From: Gammaproteobacteria bacterium
GTDB taxonomy: Bacteria > Pseudomonadota > Gammaproteobacteria > Pseudomonadales > Porticoccaceae
DNA length: 64,000 bases
NCBI GenBank assembly: GCA_016191205.1
Contig: JACPPB010000012.1
Location: 20,446 to 84,445, forward strand
Direction of reading: 5' to 3'
Position 1 is the stretch's first letter. Every line of letters starts with the position of its first letter. A program made the translations under genes and the position numbers. The notes under the pieces are model-generated. The model made no database searches. It was not told where the DNA came from and saw nothing but the letters and a program-made list of their open reading frames with translations. Below, in pieces: positions 1-9,237 of this stretch.

Positions 1-379
1 TCAGCATCACGGCGCCGGCGATGGCGGTCTTGAGCAGCACCACGGCGGAGTCCTCCGGCGGGTGCAGGCGGACCCACACCAGGGTTGCCAGCGAGGCGGT
101 AAGACTCCCGAGCCAGAGGCGTTTTGCCACCGACCAGTCGATCAGACCGTAGCCGTGGTGAACCCGGGTCGCGACCATTTTGGTGAGCGCGGCAAACCAC
201 AGATCGGTGCCCACGGCGGCGAGGGGAGCGACCCCGAACACCAGCAGCAGCAACGGCGTCATCAGCGCGCCGCCACCGACACCGGTGAGGCCCACCAGCA
301 GCCCGGTGAGGGCGCCCGAGGTAATCAGCAACCCGTCAATCACAACGGGCCCCCCGTGGGAAATGGCGGGTCTTCGCAT
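1..379 (-). CDS. TauE/SafE-family anion (sulfite) exporter membrane protein, N-terminal part; the gene runs off the window start
   Basis: Own reverse-strand translation from the ATG (cat at 377-379): MRRPAISHGGPVVIDGLLITSGALTGLLVGLTGVGGGALMTPLLLLVFGVAPLAAVGTDLWF... It is hydrophobic and carries the G-x-GGG-x3-P motif typical of TauE/SafE. It is absent from the ORF track because there is no stop in the window. Confidence 0.6.
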   Translation of the reverse strand, partial: MRRPAISHGGPVVIDGLLITSGALTGLLVGLTGVGGGALMTPLLLLVFGVAPLAAVGTDLWFAALTKMVATRVHHGYGLIDWSVAKRLWLGSLTASLATLVWVRLHPPEDSAVVLLKTAIAGAVML

Positions 380-691
380 GTCGTTCACGGGCTGATTCCT
401 GCGTAAATTGGAGAAGAGGCCGCACGGTGGCAGGCTGAAAGCGCGTCGATTCCCGTCGTTCAGCCGGGGCAGCTTCGGGCCGCTCCGGGGGCACAAGGCG
501 CGCAAGTGTCGCGCGGATCGACAAATTCTGCCACTTCAAAATCGCTGCGGGGAAAAGACGAAGCCCCGCGTCCGTGGTTACCCAGAGGTTGAATTATCCG
601 GGTATGCGCTGCGCGTGCAGCGGGTTTGCCGGCCCCGCGCGGGTTGGTTAGAGTAGCCGCCTTTCCCGCCCTGGACCCCCTGGAGTTGCCT

Positions 692-1309
692 GTGGAAATC
701 GCCTGTCTCGATCTCGAAGGAGTCCTGGTACCGGAGATATGGATCGCCTTTGCGGATGCCACCGGCATCCCCGAGTTGCGCGCCACCACCCGCGATATCC
801 CCGACTACGATCAGTTGATGCGCCAGCGCCTGGCGCTGCTGGACCAGCATGGTCTGGGGCTGCGGGAGATTCAGGACGTGATTGCGACGCTGGCGCCGCT
901 GCCGGGTGCGGCCGAGTTTCTGCACTGGCTGCGCGAGCGGTTTCAGGTATTGATCCTGTCGGACACTTTTTACGAATTCGCGCAGCCCCTGATGCGTCAG
1001 CTCGGCTTTCCCGCGCTGCTGTGCCACCGGCTCGAAGTGGACGCGGCTGGGCGCGTGGTCGGTTATCGCCTGCGCCAGTCCAATCCCAAGCGGCAGGCGG
1101 TGCTCGCCTTGCAGACTCTCTACTACCGCACCATCGCCGCGGGCGACTCCTACAACGACACCAGCATGCTCGCCCAGGCGGACGCCGGCATCCTGTTTCA
1201 GGCGCCGGCCAATGTGGTGGCGGAGTTTCCGCAGTTTCCGGCTGTGGCGACTTACGACGAACTGAAGCGCGCCTTTATCGCGGCGAGTCAGCGCGAACTG
1301 GCGCTGTAA
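692..1309 (+). CDS. thrH: Phosphoserine phosphatase / homoserine phosphotransferase ThrH (HAD superfamily)
   Basis: ORF 626..1309. The stretch from [21 protein letters not shown]...[19 protein letters not shown]...AAGDSYNDT matches ThrH as I remember it from Pseudomonas almost along its full length. The start is set at the in-frame GTG at 692 (VEIACLD...). Confidence 0.85.
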   Translation: MEIACLDLEGVLVPEIWIAFADATGIPELRATTRDIPDYDQLMRQRLALLDQHGLGLREIQDVIATLAPLPGAAEFLHWLRERFQVLILSDTFYEFAQPLMRQLGFPALLCHRLEVDAAGRVVGYRLRQSNPKRQAVLALQTLYYRTIAAGDSYNDTSMLAQADAGILFQAPANVVAEFPQFPAVATYDELKRAFIAASQRELAL

Positions 1310-1337
1310 CGGCCAGACGGCCGCCCGGGGTTGTCGG

Positions 1338-2678
1338 TCAGGGGTTCAGCGCCTTCATCAGCAGCTGAACCTTCATCAGGGATTCCTGGTATTCCGCTTC
1401 CGGGTCGGAATCGGCCACGATGCCGCCCCCGCCCCAGCAGTGAATCCGGGCGCCGTCGGCGACCAGGGTGCGGATGGCGATATTGCTGTCCATGCGGCCG
1501 TGCGTCGATAAATAAAAAATACTGCCGCAGTAGAGGGCGCGCGCGACCGGCTCCAGCTCCGCAATGATTTCCATGGCGCGTTTCTTGGGCGCGCCGGTGA
1601 CGGAGCCGCCCGGAAAGCAGTTGGCGAGCAGGTCGAGCGGGGTCTGGTCGGCGCGCAGTCGCCCGGTGACCGTGCTCACCAGATGATGGACGTTCGCAAA
1701 ACTTTCGAGGGCGAACAGTTCCGGCACCGCGATCGACCCGGGCACGCAGGATTTGCCCAGATCGTTGCGCAACAGATCCACGATCATCAGGTTCTCGGCG
1801 CGGTCCTTGGCGCTGGTTCGCAGCCGGTGCGCCAGTTCGGCGTCCTCCTCGGCGGAGTTTCCCCGCGCGATGGTGCCCTTGATGGGGCGCGTCTCCACCC
1901 GATCGCCTTCGACACGCAAAAAACGCTCGGGCGAGAAACAGAGCACGGCGTCGTCTTCCGTGCCGAGGTAGGCGCTGAACGGGGAGGGCAGCAGGGCGCG
2001 CAACCGGCAGTAGGCCTGCCAGGGATCACCGGCACAGGCCGCGCTGAAATGCTGCGCGTAGTTGACCTGATAGCAGTCGCCGGCCGTGAGATACGCCAGG
2101 ATGCGGGCGATGTCGGCGCGATAGCGCGCCGCGGACGTGGTGGCGATAAACGGGGTTTGCAGCGCAAAACCGGCCGGCGCGCCGAGTCGCGCGGGCGCGG
2201 CGCGGCAGCGGTTTTCGACATCGCTGCGCAGCGCCGGCGGGCAGGCCGGATGGAACACCAGCACCGTGCGCTGTGCCTGGTGATCGACGATGACCGCCCA
2301 GGGATAAAAACCGATGCGCAGCGTCGGCAGTCGCGCGCTCTCCGGGGAGTGCCGTGCGACCGCCTGAAGTTCCATGCCCAGGCCATAGCCCAGCCAGCCG
2401 ATCAGGCCGCCGGCAAAAGGCAGTGTCGCCGCGGGCAATCCCGACACGTCCGGTGTGGAGAATTCCGCCAGCAGCGCGGCGGCGGCGTCGAGCGCAGAGA
2501 CGCCTTGTCCAGGCGGGGCGGTCAATACCCGCAGCGGCGCGGCGCTGACGATGTCGAAGCGGCCCGCCCGCGAATACGGACGACCGCTGTCCAGCCATAC
2601 CGGGCTCGGCAGGTCGCGCACGGCCGCCAACAGCGGTGCCGCGTCGGTGCGATAGCTGAGTTCCTGGATCGCGGTCAT
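1338..2678 (-). CDS. pabB: Aminodeoxychorismate synthase component I
   Basis: C-terminal two-thirds of ORF 1338..3077. Chorismate-binding motifs are present: [62 protein letters not shown]. The start is trimmed to MTAIQEL (cat 2676-2678), because the upstream extension overlaps rraA on the other strand. Confidence 0.85.
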   Translation of the reverse strand: MTAIQELSYRTDAAPLLAAVRDLPSPVWLDSGRPYSRAGRFDIVSAAPLRVLTAPPGQGVSALDAAAALLAEFSTPDVSGLPAATLPFAGGLIGWLGYGLGMELQAVARHSPESARLPTLRIGFYPWAVIVDHQAQRTVLVFHPACPPALRSDVENRCRAAPARLGAPAGFALQTPFIATTSAARYRADIARILAYLTAGDCYQVNYAQHFSAACAGDPWQAYCRLRALLPSPFSAYLGTEDDAVLCFSPERFLRVEGDRVETRPIKGTIARGNSAEEDAELAHRLRTSAKDRAENLMIVDLLRNDLGKSCVPGSIAVPELFALESFANVHHLVSTVTGRLRADQTPLDLLANCFPGGSVTGAPKKRAMEIIAELEPVARALYCGSIFYLSTHGRMDSNIAIRTLVADGARIHCWGGGGIVADSDPEAEYQESLMKVQLLMKALNP

Positions 2679-2793
2679 GGCGCACCCTGCGAAAGCGCGC
2701 AGCCTAGACGTCCGGCCCGGCGCTGGCAACGCACGTTGTCGCATCGGGAGCACGTTTATACTGGCCGCCCCCAAATTGCGAGGAGGAGTACCC

Positions 2794-3288
2794 ATGGCGA
2801 GCGCACCCTGTGACCTGACGCCGGACCTGTGCGACGACCACCCCGACGTGCGGGTGCTGGAACCGATGCTCTCGAATTTCGGCGGACGTGCCGTGTTCGG
2901 CGGCGCAATCGTCACCGTGAAGTGTTTCGAGGATAACTCGCTGGTCAAGGCGCAGCTCGGCACGCCGGGCACAGGCAAGGTGCTGGTGGTCGATGGCGGC
3001 GGTTCGCTGCGCCGCGCGCTGCTCGGCGACATGATCGGCGCCAGTGCGGTGAACAATGGCTGGGCGGGCGTCATCATCTACGGCAGTGTGCGCGATGTCT
3101 GCGCATTGTCAGAGCTCGATCTCGGCGTACAGGCGCTGGCCGCGATACCGCTCAAAACCGAGCGCAAGGGCGTCGGCGAGCTGAACATCCCGGTGACCTT
3201 TGGCGGCGTCACCTTCAATCCCGGCGAATTCGTCTACGCCGACGACAACGGGGTGGTGGTGTCCGCGAGCGAGATCGAGGTCGGCTGA
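2794..3288 (+). CDS. rraA: RraA family protein (RNase E regulator / 4-hydroxy-4-methyl-2-oxoglutarate aldolase fold)
   Basis: [17 protein letters not shown]...[18 protein letters not shown]...[37 protein letters not shown] is a classic RraA sequence. AGGAGGA lies 6 nt upstream of the ATG at 2794. Confidence 0.85.
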   Translation: MASAPCDLTPDLCDDHPDVRVLEPMLSNFGGRAVFGGAIVTVKCFEDNSLVKAQLGTPGTGKVLVVDGGGSLRRALLGDMIGASAVNNGWAGVIIYGSVRDVCALSELDLGVQALAAIPLKTERKGVGELNIPVTFGGVTFNPGEFVYADDNGVVVSASEIEVG

Positions 3289-3336
3289 AGCTGCTCCGCG
3301 CCGCCGTGCCGGCGGGCGATCTCGGAAGGCGACATT

Positions 3337-3360
3337 ATCTGCATCTGCATCTGCATCTGC
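3337..3360. repeat. Hexanucleotide microsatellite (ATCTGC)x4
   Basis: Four perfect tandem units are read directly: atctgc atctgc atctgc atctgc. They lie in the intergenic space between convergent rraA and the TPR gene. Confidence 0.9.
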
Positions 3361-3575
3361 CGCGGGAGCCTCGGTCAGGGGCAGACGACGCGGTCAGCCA
3401 GCGTGTTGGCGTTGCTCAACCGCCGGCACGGCATCCAGACTCAGAATGCGATCTCTATCACTCCACAGCTTGCAGGCCGGTGCCGACCGACCCGCAAGCT
3501 GCACTTCTGCTTGACCGGGAGATGCCTTGGCGCTGACCCGTATCCGGTGCGATCGGCACCGAGTCAAACACGTTG

Positions 3576-5294
3576 TCACCACTTCGACGATGCCAGCTTG
3601 ACGTCGGCCTGCGGCCACACGGCGCTGCGTCGTGATTCCGCTTCCTTGAGGTCTGCCTGCCGCTCCGCCCCCTGTGCCTGCAAGGCCTGCACCAGTCCTT
3701 GCAGGCTCCAGGCGTTGCGGGGGTGGCGTTCGAGATCCTCGAAATAGACCGCTTCGGCCTCCACCGGTCGGCCGGCGGCCAGGAGTTCCGCGCCGAGATA
3801 ATGCCGGGTCGGAAACGGCCAGTCGGGAGGCTCGTTGTAAGTCATGGAATCCTCGACGCGCACGGCGGCGGCGAGTTCGGCCAGCGCTTGGTCGTGGTGC
3901 CCGCGTGCCGCGGCGATCTGGCCGGCCAGGGTATGGGCGGCGATTTCGGTGATGCGCGCGGGTGACGAGTTGACCAGCACCAGATCCGCCGGAAACGCCG
4001 GATCGGCAATCGCCGCGCGCACGGCCGCCAACTCTGCGTCGGCCGCGTCGAACTGTTCCCGGGCCGCCAGCGCCATCCCGCGCGCATAGTGCCAGGCGGC
4101 TTCGACGAATTTCAGATTCTCGGGCGGCTTCGGCTCGGCCAGGATGTCGTCCCAGCGGGCGAAACGCACCAGCGTGTGGAGCGGAGCGACGATGAACTGT
4201 TGCAGCGGGTGCGCCATTTCGCCGTGGGGCTTGGACGCGGCGGCCCGCGCCGCCTTGATGGCCTCGCCACTCTGGCCCTCGAAAGCATAGGCGATCCAGA
4301 GGAAATGGATGTTGTGGGGATAGTAGGCGGCCGGGTAAAGGCCCTGCGCGCGGCACTGGCTGATGTAGTCCTCGTCCACCGCGACGGCCTTGAGATTGGC
4401 ATCGATGGCATCCTGGTAGCGGCCGACGCGGAAGAACAGGTGCGATGGCATGTGAACCAGATGCCCGGCACCGGGCACCATTCCGCCCAGGCGGTCCGCG
4501 CTGGCAATGGCCCGCTCGGGTTGCTGGGACGCTTCCAGCGCGTGGATGTGCAGATGGAGCGCCAGCGGGTGGTTCGGATTGATGGCGATGGCCTGCTCGA
4601 TGAACGCGAGCACGTCGAGGGTATCGGGGCGAGGATTGCCGTCATTGGTCCAGTAATTCCAGGGCCGGGTGTCCATCAGCGATTCCGCGGCGATGGCGAG
4701 CACATCGGCGTCGCCGGGATGGCGCCGGGCGAGTTCGCGCATCGCGTTGGCGTAGGCGCGGTCCAGGGTGGCCCGGTCGGCCTTGGGGTCGGCCGCGTAG
4801 CGCTTGGCCAGGGCCTCGATCAGCGCGCGTTCGACCTCGGTGGCACCGGCTTTTTTCGCCAGCGCCTGCTGGATCGCGGCCCAGGCCGGCGAGACGGCCC
4901 CCGGGTCCATGGGTGCGTTGATGTTCGGTCCCAGCGCGTAGGCTTCACCCCAGTACGCCATCGCGAAGTCGGGATCGAGGCGGGCGGCTTCGCGAAAGGA
5001 ACGCACGGCTTCGGCGTGATTGAACGCATAGGCCAGCACCAGGCCCTGATCGAAATAGGTTTGAGCCTGCGAATTCCTGGTGGTCGCCTGGCGGGAATAC
5101 GTCCCGAGATTTTGCAAACGTGGCGCGATACGACCATCGCTGGCGGCTGGGGTATCGGCCGCCTGGAGAGGTGGCGCCGCGCACCCGATGGCGGTGAGGA
5201 GCGCGGCCATCGCGACCGCCTTGATTCGGTGGGTTCGCGATGAAAGAGCCGGGGTTGCTGATCTGTGTTGCTGTCCGCGTGGTGATTGCATCAT
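3576..5294 (-). CDS. Tetratricopeptide-repeat protein, probably exported or a lipoprotein, function unknown
   Basis: 572-aa ORF. The N-terminus ...AVAMAALLTAIGCAAPPLQA resembles a signal peptide with a lipobox. The body is rich in A/L/Y/W helical repeats (AYWGEAYALG, ALHLHIHALE, WHYARGMALAA). The true start may be an internal Met around 5210. Confidence 0.6.
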   Translation of the reverse strand: MMQSPRGQQHRSATPALSSRTHRIKAVAMAALLTAIGCAAPPLQAADTPAASDGRIAPRLQNLGTYSRQATTRNSQAQTYFDQGLVLAYAFNHAEAVRSFREAARLDPDFAMAYWGEAYALGPNINAPMDPGAVSPAWAAIQQALAKKAGATEVERALIEALAKRYAADPKADRATLDRAYANAMRELARRHPGDADVLAIAAESLMDTRPWNYWTNDGNPRPDTLDVLAFIEQAIAINPNHPLALHLHIHALEASQQPERAIASADRLGGMVPGAGHLVHMPSHLFFRVGRYQDAIDANLKAVAVDEDYISQCRAQGLYPAAYYPHNIHFLWIAYAFEGQSGEAIKAARAAASKPHGEMAHPLQQFIVAPLHTLVRFARWDDILAEPKPPENLKFVEAAWHYARGMALAAREQFDAADAELAAVRAAIADPAFPADLVLVNSSPARITEIAAHTLAGQIAAARGHHDQALAELAAAVRVEDSMTYNEPPDWPFPTRHYLGAELLAAGRPVEAEAVYFEDLERHPRNAWSLQGLVQALQAQGAERQADLKEAESRRSAVWPQADVKLASSKW

Positions 5295-5404
5295 GGCGGC
5301 AAACCTCCTGTTTCGCAGAGCGATGATTGTTATGGTTGGCGGTCGAGCGTACGCCCGTGCGCGACCGGCAGCAACACGTGCGGTGATGGGCCAGGTTCCG
5401 GCGG

Positions 5405-6184
5405 TCAGCTCCGCGGTCGGGTGAAGCGCCGGACCAGCTGCTCGCGTTCCGCTGGCCCCATGCCCAGCTCGGCGTGCAGGAAGCTGTCCATGCCGCCGGC
5501 TTCACGGTCGATCAGATCGAACGCGACGTTCAGGTACTGCGGGCGGGCATCCAGAATCGGCAGCACGATCTCGCGATCCACGGGTAGCCCCTGGGCGCTG
5601 AAGAACTGCTCGAATTTGCCGATGGCGGCATCCTGATCGGCATAGGCGACGGCCGAGAGCAGATAGTCGGCCTCGACCTGTTCCGGCAGGACACCGAGCG
5701 CGGACAGCAACAGCGCCGAGGCGATGCCGGCGCGGTCCTTGCCGAACGAACACATCACCAGGGCGCCGCCATCGTTTTCGACCATGTGCCGGAACATGGT
5801 GCGGTACCCGGGGATTTCTTCCCGGGTCAGTTCGAGATAGCGGTCGCCCATGATTTTTTCGGCGCCGGCGGGTGTCAGCCCTTCCGCGAGCAGCATGTTC
5901 CAGAGATTCTCGACGCTCGCCACCAGCATGCCGAGTTCGACCACGGCGACATCGGCGGCCACGGCCAGCGGATTGTTCTTGCGCTCGATCGGGCTGCGGA
6001 AATCGTAGACGGTGGCGATGCCGAGGCGGTCGAAGGTCTCATGCACCTCGGCGGTGGGTGCATTGACATAGCCCGAGCGGTACAGACGATCCGCCCGGGT
6101 GGTGGCGCCGGCGGCGGTCTGGTAGCCGCCCATATGGCGAAAATTGCTGGTTTTTCCCAGTGTGAAAAAGCGTTCCATTCTCAT
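5405..6184 (-). CDS. Protein-tyrosine/dual-specificity phosphatase-like protein (Y_phosphatase3-type)
   Basis: 259-aa ORF with a CX5R active-site loop, VMCSFGKDRAG. Overall it resembles bacterial tyrosine-phosphatase family proteins (FRHMGGY, LYRSG near the N-terminus). Confidence 0.7.
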   Translation of the reverse strand: MRMERFFTLGKTSNFRHMGGYQTAAGATTRADRLYRSGYVNAPTAEVHETFDRLGIATVYDFRSPIERKNNPLAVAADVAVVELGMLVASVENLWNMLLAEGLTPAGAEKIMGDRYLELTREEIPGYRTMFRHMVENDGGALVMCSFGKDRAGIASALLLSALGVLPEQVEADYLLSAVAYADQDAAIGKFEQFFSAQGLPVDREIVLPILDARPQYLNVAFDLIDREAGGMDSFLHAELGMGPAEREQLVRRFTRPRS

Positions 6185-6383
6185 ATCCCCCTGAACCGTG
6201 GCGCGGCCGCCGGACTGTAGCAGACACGGGCGCCGGCGTTTTCTGTGTCGCTTGACCGCATCGCGCTGGATCGACTAGTTTACAGTCCGTTCATGACAAT
6301 AATGATCGACTCTTATGACACGCGCCCGGGGGCACTGATGCCCGGCGCGGAATCACCGTCCAAGTCCCACCCAGGAGCAGCAT

Positions 6384-7343
6384 GTGATCACCGCACAGGA
6401 CATGTATTTTCATCCCCCCACATCGGACCATTACACTTGGGCCGAAACCAATTATTTTGGGTTTTATGTCGCCGAGGCGAATCTCCATGTGGGTGCCTAT
6501 GTGCAGGCCAAGCCCAATCTGGGCGCGGTGATGTCGAGCGTGACGATTTTCGACGGCTTCTCCAACACCCCCCACGAAGTGAACTATTTCGACTGCCATG
6601 TGCATCTGCCCATGCCCAAGGGCAACCTCGACGACTTCGCACTCAACAACGGCCTGGCGATCAAGTGCACCAAGCCGGTGATGGACTATGCGATCCGCTT
6701 CGACGGCGGTCAGGGCGTCAGCTTTGATGTGACCTACACCGCCCTGATGGAGCCCTACGACATCCATGACCCGAACATGGACCCGCTGGCGGGCGCACAA
6801 CTCGAAGGCGATACGGTCAGCTCCCACGCCTACGCCGGGCACTGGGATCAGACCGGCCGCGTGCGGGGCTCGCTCAACCTGCGCGGCAAGCACTATGCCA
6901 TCGACTGCGTCGCCAGCATGGATCACAGCTGGGGTCTGCGCGATGAACGCGCACTCAAGAATTTCTGCTGGATGAACGCCAATTTTGCCGACGATTCGAG
7001 CATCCACTGCATCTGGCTGATGGACCCCAAACAGCTCGACCGCTACCCGACCATCGCCCATGGCTATGTGCGCGAGGGCAATCGGGTCCATGGCATCAAG
7101 GGCGGCACCGGCAAGGTGCGCCGCAACGGCTTCCTGCATCAGTTCTTCGAGCTTGAAGTGGAAGACGTGCGCGGCAAGGTCCACGAATTCACTGGCACCG
7201 CCATGACCGCCAACCCCTGGATTCCCTGGCCGCAGATGTACCTGAGTCATGCATTCGTGCGCTGGGATCGCGGCGGCGTCACCGGCTGGGGCGAAGTCCA
7301 GGATCTGTGCAAGGAAGCATTCAACAGCAAGCTGCCGGCATAA
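6384..7343 (+). CDS. Conserved hypothetical protein, first gene of the kinase operon
   Basis: 319-aa ORF. AGGAG lies 6 nt before the GTG at 6384. I recognise no family with confidence. The motif SMDHSWGLRDE is faintly reminiscent of the DH(E/Q)W motif of CrtC/AttH-like hydratase folds, which is a weak resemblance. Confidence 0.6.
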   Translation: MITAQDMYFHPPTSDHYTWAETNYFGFYVAEANLHVGAYVQAKPNLGAVMSSVTIFDGFSNTPHEVNYFDCHVHLPMPKGNLDDFALNNGLAIKCTKPVMDYAIRFDGGQGVSFDVTYTALMEPYDIHDPNMDPLAGAQLEGDTVSSHAYAGHWDQTGRVRGSLNLRGKHYAIDCVASMDHSWGLRDERALKNFCWMNANFADDSSIHCIWLMDPKQLDRYPTIAHGYVREGNRVHGIKGGTGKVRRNGFLHQFFELEVEDVRGKVHEFTGTAMTANPWIPWPQMYLSHAFVRWDRGGVTGWGEVQDLCKEAFNSKLPA

Positions 7344-7420
7344 CGATAACGAACACCGGGCCGGCGTCAGCCGGTCCCGGCCACTGTCCAGCGAATGAAC
7401 GACCAGTCAAGGGGGTAGCC

Positions 7421-7984
7421 ATGGGCCCGGAGATGTCCCAGTTTTTGTCCGGCATGAAGAAAACCATGGAGCAGGTGGTGATGCCGAACCTGACCGACCG
7501 CTTCGCCCAGGAACAGGCGGGCATCGTGGCCGCCACGCTCGGATTTCTGGAGCAGATTCACGACAAGGTGTTTCACTACGAACTGCTGGAAAACCATCTC
7601 TACAAAAATCTGTTGGGCGAAGTGGTGGCACTGCTGGATGGCGCGACTCCGCCACAACACGAAGTTGCCGTTACGCTCGTCGCGCTGCGCACCCAGCTCG
7701 CAACGGGGAACTCCGACGCACATCTGCGCCCCTACCATTTCGTGCGCGGCGCCAACGAGACCATGAAGGAACACCTGTGCACCCTGATCCGCAACCAGCC
7801 GGAACTGCCCGCCCCGCTGCGCGAATCCTTCGACGCCCTGTTGCGGCCTTTTTTCCGCGAACTCGAAGTACGCGAACGCGCCTGGGTGAAGCCGCTGGGT
7901 TTCGACGCCAAGGCGGACGAACTGCCCGATATCGACGAGCTGCTCTACCGCGATGGCAAGCTCCGGCTGCCGGGTGCGCTCTGA
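7421..7984 (+). CDS. Hypothetical helical protein
   Basis: Trimmed from ORF 7307..7984 to MGPEMSQFL (ATG 7421). Its stop at 7982-7984 is 1 nt from the start of the next gene, which suggests translational coupling. No family recognised. Confidence 0.55.
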   Translation: MGPEMSQFLSGMKKTMEQVVMPNLTDRFAQEQAGIVAATLGFLEQIHDKVFHYELLENHLYKNLLGEVVALLDGATPPQHEVAVTLVALRTQLATGNSDAHLRPYHFVRGANETMKEHLCTLIRNQPELPAPLRESFDALLRPFFRELEVRERAWVKPLGFDAKADELPDIDELLYRDGKLRLPGAL

Positions 7985-7985
7985 A

Positions 7986-9230
7986 ATGACCGTCCATACC
8001 CCGACCCAACGTCTGCGCGCCACGCCCACGGCGGACTGGATCGCCGCCATCCGTGCCCGCTTCCCGGTCGAGAGCCATCTCGATGAGGTGCTTACCCGCA
8101 AGCTCGAAAACCGCGCTCATCCGGCGGAGCATCGCACCGATTTCGACAACCTGGCCGAGCGCCTCGGCACCTATCTGCGCCGCGTCACCGGGCAGCCGGA
8201 TCTGGAACTGGCCCGGCTTGCGCGACTTTCCGGCGGCGCATCCAAGGAGCAGTTCACCTTCGATCTGACCTGGCGCCAGGATGACGGCACGCGCGCCACA
8301 CGCAAGCTGATCCTGCGCATGGACCCGAGCGAATCCATCGTCGAGACGCACCGCCTGCGGGAAGCGCAGTTGCTGCGCGCCATGTGGGGCGAAGTGCCGG
8401 TGCCGGAGGTGCTGTGGGTGGATGCGACGCCCGCGAGCCTGGGCCATCCCTTTCTCATCGCGGGTTTTCTCGAAGGCACGGTGCAGCCCGAGGGCGGTAA
8501 AAAAGCGAGCGGGCTCGGCATGTATTTCGAGCCGCGTCTGCGCGACGGGCTCAAGGATCAGTTCGTGCGGCACCTCGCGCGTATCCACACCGTTGACTGG
8601 CGGAACCGCGACCTCTCGTCCTACGACCGCCCTGAACCGGGCACTGTCCAGGGCAATGCCTGGTCGCTGGGCGTATGGGAACGGGTCTGGCACGAGGACA
8701 CACTGGAAGCCCATCCCATTCTTGAATACGCCGCCGACTGGCTGAAGCGCAACATGCCGGTGGTGGAGCATCCGGTGGTGGTACACGGCGATTACCGCAG
8801 CGGCAACTTCATGTACACCGACGATCTGCGGATCAACGCGGTGCTTGACTGGGAGTTGGCCCATATCGGCGACCACCACGAAGACCTGTCCTATACCGCG
8901 AGCGAAATCCTCGGTTGCCCGGACGACAGCGGCACCTTGCTGGTGTCCGGGCTGTTACCCCGCGCGGAATTTCTGGCGCGCTACCGCGACTACAGCGGTC
9001 TGCCGGTGGACGAAGGCAAACTGTTTTATTTCGACGTCCTCAACGCCTACAAGATGGCCGTGATCGCGGTCGCCACCAGCCTGCGCACCGCGCACGGGCG
9101 TCGCACTCACCTCGACGCCATGATGAATCTGCTGAGCGGCTTCGGTTACATATCGATTTCGGTCTTGCAGCGTCTGCTCGATGATGCGCCAAGTGCAGCC
9201 CGGCGCGACCTGCGCAAGCAATTTGGATGA
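7986..9230 (+). CDS. Phosphotransferase-family (APH/choline-kinase fold) protein, paralogue 1
   Basis: ORF 7953..9230, start trimmed to MTVHTPTQ (ATG 7986). It has a kinase catalytic loop and DxE/D motif: VVHGDYRSGNFMY...VLDWELAHIGDHHEDL. The N-terminal SGGASKEQFTF is a nucleotide-binding-loop equivalent. Confidence 0.8.
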   Translation: MTVHTPTQRLRATPTADWIAAIRARFPVESHLDEVLTRKLENRAHPAEHRTDFDNLAERLGTYLRRVTGQPDLELARLARLSGGASKEQFTFDLTWRQDDGTRATRKLILRMDPSESIVETHRLREAQLLRAMWGEVPVPEVLWVDATPASLGHPFLIAGFLEGTVQPEGGKKASGLGMYFEPRLRDGLKDQFVRHLARIHTVDWRNRDLSSYDRPEPGTVQGNAWSLGVWERVWHEDTLEAHPILEYAADWLKRNMPVVEHPVVVHGDYRSGNFMYTDDLRINAVLDWELAHIGDHHEDLSYTASEILGCPDDSGTLLVSGLLPRAEFLARYRDYSGLPVDEGKLFYFDVLNAYKMAVIAVATSLRTAHGRRTHLDAMMNLLSGFGYISISVLQRLLDDAPSAARRDLRKQFG

Positions 9231-9237
9231 ATGCCGG

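Noticed and set aside
1338-3077. A 579-aa version of pabB with a 133-aa N-terminal extension. Similar N-terminal extensions occur in the ORF track for recA, aspartate kinase, clpA, infA, the M23 peptidase, csrA and others.
   Set aside because: - The extensions overlap neighbouring genes or lack homology to the family.
- Internal starts with RBS-like sequences reproduce the canonical N-termini.
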